Positions 61,175 through 64,000 of a DNA stretch of 64,000 nt are shown in pieces. The stretch comes from Eledone cirrhosa. Its lineage: Eukaryota. The first letter of the stretch is position 1; each line of letters opens with the position of its first letter. Location of the stretch: positions 132,308,001 to 132,372,000 of the forward strand of contig OZ024744.1 in assembly GCA_964016885.1 (NCBI GenBank), in the 5' to 3' direction. The notes beneath the pieces are model-generated. The model did not search any database. It worked only from the letters and a program-made list of their open reading frames with translations, and had not been told where the DNA came from. A program made the translations under genes and the position numbers.

Positions 61175-64000
61175 TTAGGTTTGTCGAAAACCTTATATAA
61201 TCATTTTTATTTAGGTTCTTCGAAACACCTTATATAATCAATTTTTTTAGGTTTTTCGAAAAACCTTATATAATCAATTTTTTAATACTTTTAGAAATAT
61301 TTATATCTGATCTCAAATATTGATTTTATTAGGTTTTTGGAATAATCAATTTTTTTTACGTTTTTCGAAAAATGTTATATAATCAATTTTTTTTAGGTTT
61401 TTCGAATCAATTCAATTTTTATAATCAAATATTTTTAGGTTTTTAGAAAAACCTTATATAATCAAATTTTTTTAGGTTTTTCGAAAAACCTTATATAATT
61501 AATTTTTTTATACTTTTAGAAATATTTATATCTGATTTCAAATATTGGATTTTTTAGGTTTTTCGATAATCAATTTTTTTTAGATTTTTCGAAAAATCTT
61601 ATATAATCAATTTTTTTACGTTTTTAGAAAGACCTTATATAATCAATTTTTTTATACTTTTAGAAATATTTATATCTGATTTCAAATATTGATTTTTTTT
61701 TTAGGTTTTTCGAAATACCTTATATAATCAATTTTTTTTAGGTTTTTCAAATTACTTTATATAATCAATTTTTTTTATCTGATTTCAAATATTGATTTTT
61801 TTAGCTTTTTCGACAAAATCTTATATAATCAATTTTTTTTAGGTTTTTCGAAAAAGAATGAATTTGAGTTCATAGTCGAAATATATACTTCTGCATTAAT
61901 CTTTTTACGTTTTTTTGATTTTTTTTAAAAAAACGTAAAAAATTAATGCTTTTACAAATCTTTTGAAATATTCACAATCTGCAAAATTTGAAACTAGAAA
62001 GTGTTCTAGTTTCAAATTTTGCAGATTAAATTTTTCTCGAAAAACCTAAAAAATCAGTTGTCGAAATCAGAAGTTAATATTTCGTAAAACGCAATTTGAA
62101 AAACTCATTAATTTTTTTTCGAAAACTTATTATATAATCAATTTTTTTATACTTTTAGAAATATTTATATCTGATTTCAAATATTGATTTTTTTAGGTTT
62201 TTCGAAAACCCTATATAATCAATTTTTTTGTACTTTTAGAAATATCTATATCTGATTTCATGTATTGATTTTTTTATATTTTTCGAAAAAGCTTAGATAA
62301 TCAATTTTTTTAGGTCTTTCGAAAACATTATATAATCAATTTTTTTTTAGGTTTTTCGAAAAAACCTTATATAATCAATTTTTTTTAGGTTTTTCAAATA
62401 TTGATTTTTTTAGCTTTTTCGACAAAATCTTATATAATCAATTTTTTTTAGGTTTTTCGAAAAAGAATGAATTTGAGTTCATAGTCGAAATATATACTTC
62501 TGCATTAATCTTTTTACGTTTTTTTGATTTTTTTAAAAAAACGTAAAAAATTAATGCTTTTACAAATCTTTTGAAATATTTACTTTCTAGTTTCAAATTT
62601 TGCAGATTAAATTTTTCTCGAAAAACCTAAAAAATCAGTTGTCGAAATCAGAAGTTAATATTTCGAAAAACGCAATTTGAAAAACTCATATTAATTTTTT
62701 TTCGAAAACATTATATAATCAATTTTTTAGAAATATTTATATCTGATTTCAAATATTAATCAATATTTTTAGGTTTTTCGAAAACCCTATATAATCAATT
62801 TTTTTGTACTTTTAGAAATATCTATATCTGATTTCATGTATTGATTTTTTTATATTTTTCGAAAAAGCTTAGATAATCAATTTTTTTAGATCTTTCGAAA
62901 ACATTATATAATCAATTTTTTTTTAGGTTTTTCGAAAAAACCTTATATAATCAATTCTTTTTAGGTTTTTTCGAAAAATCTTATATAATCAATTTTTTTA
63001 CGTTTTTAGAAAAACCTTATATAATCAATTTTTTTTAGATTTTTCAAAAAACCTTATATAATCAATTTTTTTTGTTTTTTTGAAAAATCTTATATAATCA
63101 ATTTTTTTACGTTTTTAGAAATATTTATATCTGATTTCAAATATTGATTTTTTTTAGGTTTTTCGAATTACCTTATATAATCAATTTTTTTTAGGTTTTT
63201 CAAATTACCATAAGGTAATTTGAAAAACCTAAAAAAAATTGATCTGATTTCAAACATTGATTTTTTTAGCTTTTTCGACAAAATCTTATATAATCAATTT
63301 TCTTTAGGTTTTTCGAAAAAGAATGAATTTGAGTTCATAGTCGAAATATATACTTCTGCATTAATCTTTTTACGTTTTTTTGAAAAAATTAATGCTTTTA
63401 CAAATCTTTTGAAATATTTACTTTCTAGTTTCAAATTTTGCAGATTAAATTTTTCTCGAAAAACCTAAAAAATCAGTTGTCGAAATCAGAAGTTAATATT
63501 TCGTAAAACGCAATTTGAAAAACTCATTAATTTTTTTTCGAAAACTTATTATATAATCAATTTTTTTATACTTTTAGAAATATTTATATCTGATTTCAAA
63601 TATTGATTTTTTTAGGTTTTTCGAAAACCCTATATAATCAATTTTTTTGTACTTTTAGAAATATCTATATCTGATTTCATGTATTGATTTTTTTATATTT
63701 TTCGAAAAAGCTTAGATAATCAATTTTTTTAGGTCTTTCGAAAACATTATATAATCAATTTTTTTTTAGGTTTTTCGAAAAAACCTTATATAATCAATTT
63801 TTTTTAGGTTTTTCAAATATTGATTTTTTTAGCTTTTTCGACAAAATCTTATATAATCAATTTTTTTTAGGTTTTTCGAAAAAGAATGAATTTGAGTTCA
63901 TAGTCGAAATATATACTTCTGCATTAATCTTTTTACGTTTTTTTGATTTTTTTAAAAAAACGTAAAAAATTAATGCTTTTACAAATCTTTTGAAATATTT
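61175..64000. repeat. AT-rich composite satellite resumes in the same orientation; first ~500 bp are degenerate subunits
   Basis: Marker at 61856, 62465, 63321 and 63884. Monomers from ~62100 onward match types in the 27-39 kb part of the left array. The array runs off the right edge. Confidence 0.96.
61976..62027. repeat. Single-copy perfect 24-bp inverted repeat with 4-nt loop
   Basis: AATCTGCAAAATTTGAAACTAGAA-AGTG-TTCTAGTTTCAAATTTTGCAGATT. Not seen in any other monomer in the window. Confidence 0.93.

Larger units (their letters stand above)
39248..61180 (+). repeat. G-rich telomere-like 16-bp minisatellite island, (TTAAGTTAAGTTGGGG)n, roughly 1,370 unit equivalents
   Basis: Continuous 16-bp periodicity with scattered single-base variants (TTAAAT, TTAATT, TTGAG, TTAGG, GGGGAT, GGGGCT) and occasional 11-bp TTAAGTTGGGG units. 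The G-rich strand is mostly +. Copy number is length divided by 16. Confidence 0.97.

Noticed and set aside
39248-61180. Island as a transposon insertion (for example TTAA-targeting or foldback type)
   Set aside because: There is no transposase and no target-site duplication, and TTAA is simply part of the repeat unit. The ends are inverted only because the left end falls inside an inversion cassette.
39240-61190. De novo telomere addition onto the AT satellite at either junction
   Set aside because: The polarity is wrong at both ends. The left junction runs satellite into C-rich repeat and the right runs G-rich repeat into satellite, whereas healing would give satellite into G-rich, or C-rich into satellite.
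19819-63468. Seven identical 82-aa ORFs
   Set aside because: This is the same spurious frame, extended because an ~18-bp difference in the core inverted repeat removes the TAA. Identity between copies reflects satellite homogenisation, not coding constraint.

Overview
No credible gene is present. The whole window is tandem repeat, most likely eukaryotic heterochromatin (inference; the organism cannot be determined). There are three blocks. (1) 1-39247 is a very AT-rich composite satellite of about 54 head-to-tail monomers, 562-1036 bp long with a mode near 730 bp. Each monomer has a near-invariant ~450-bp block plus a variable number of ~36-37-bp palindrome-containing subunits, and there is a 3.66-kb five-monomer higher-order repeat. 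(2) 39248-61180 is a ~21.9-kb island of the telomere-like 16-mer TTAAGTTAAGTTGGGG. It contains ten short inverted (C-rich) segments with stereotyped junctions and a 5,588-bp tandem duplication. (3) 61175-64000 is the same AT satellite in the same orientation, degenerate next to the island. All 13 ORFs in the track come from one satellite variant, in which an inverted copy of adjacent sequence creates a 30-bp hairpin and a TTG. The strongest signals are the compound telomere-like island with its amplified inversion cassette, several independent templated-inversion scars, and rearrangement breakpoints (including the island's left edge) clustered at one motif, TTTCAAAT(T/C)ACC. Counts and coordinates were read by eye and may be off by a few bases.
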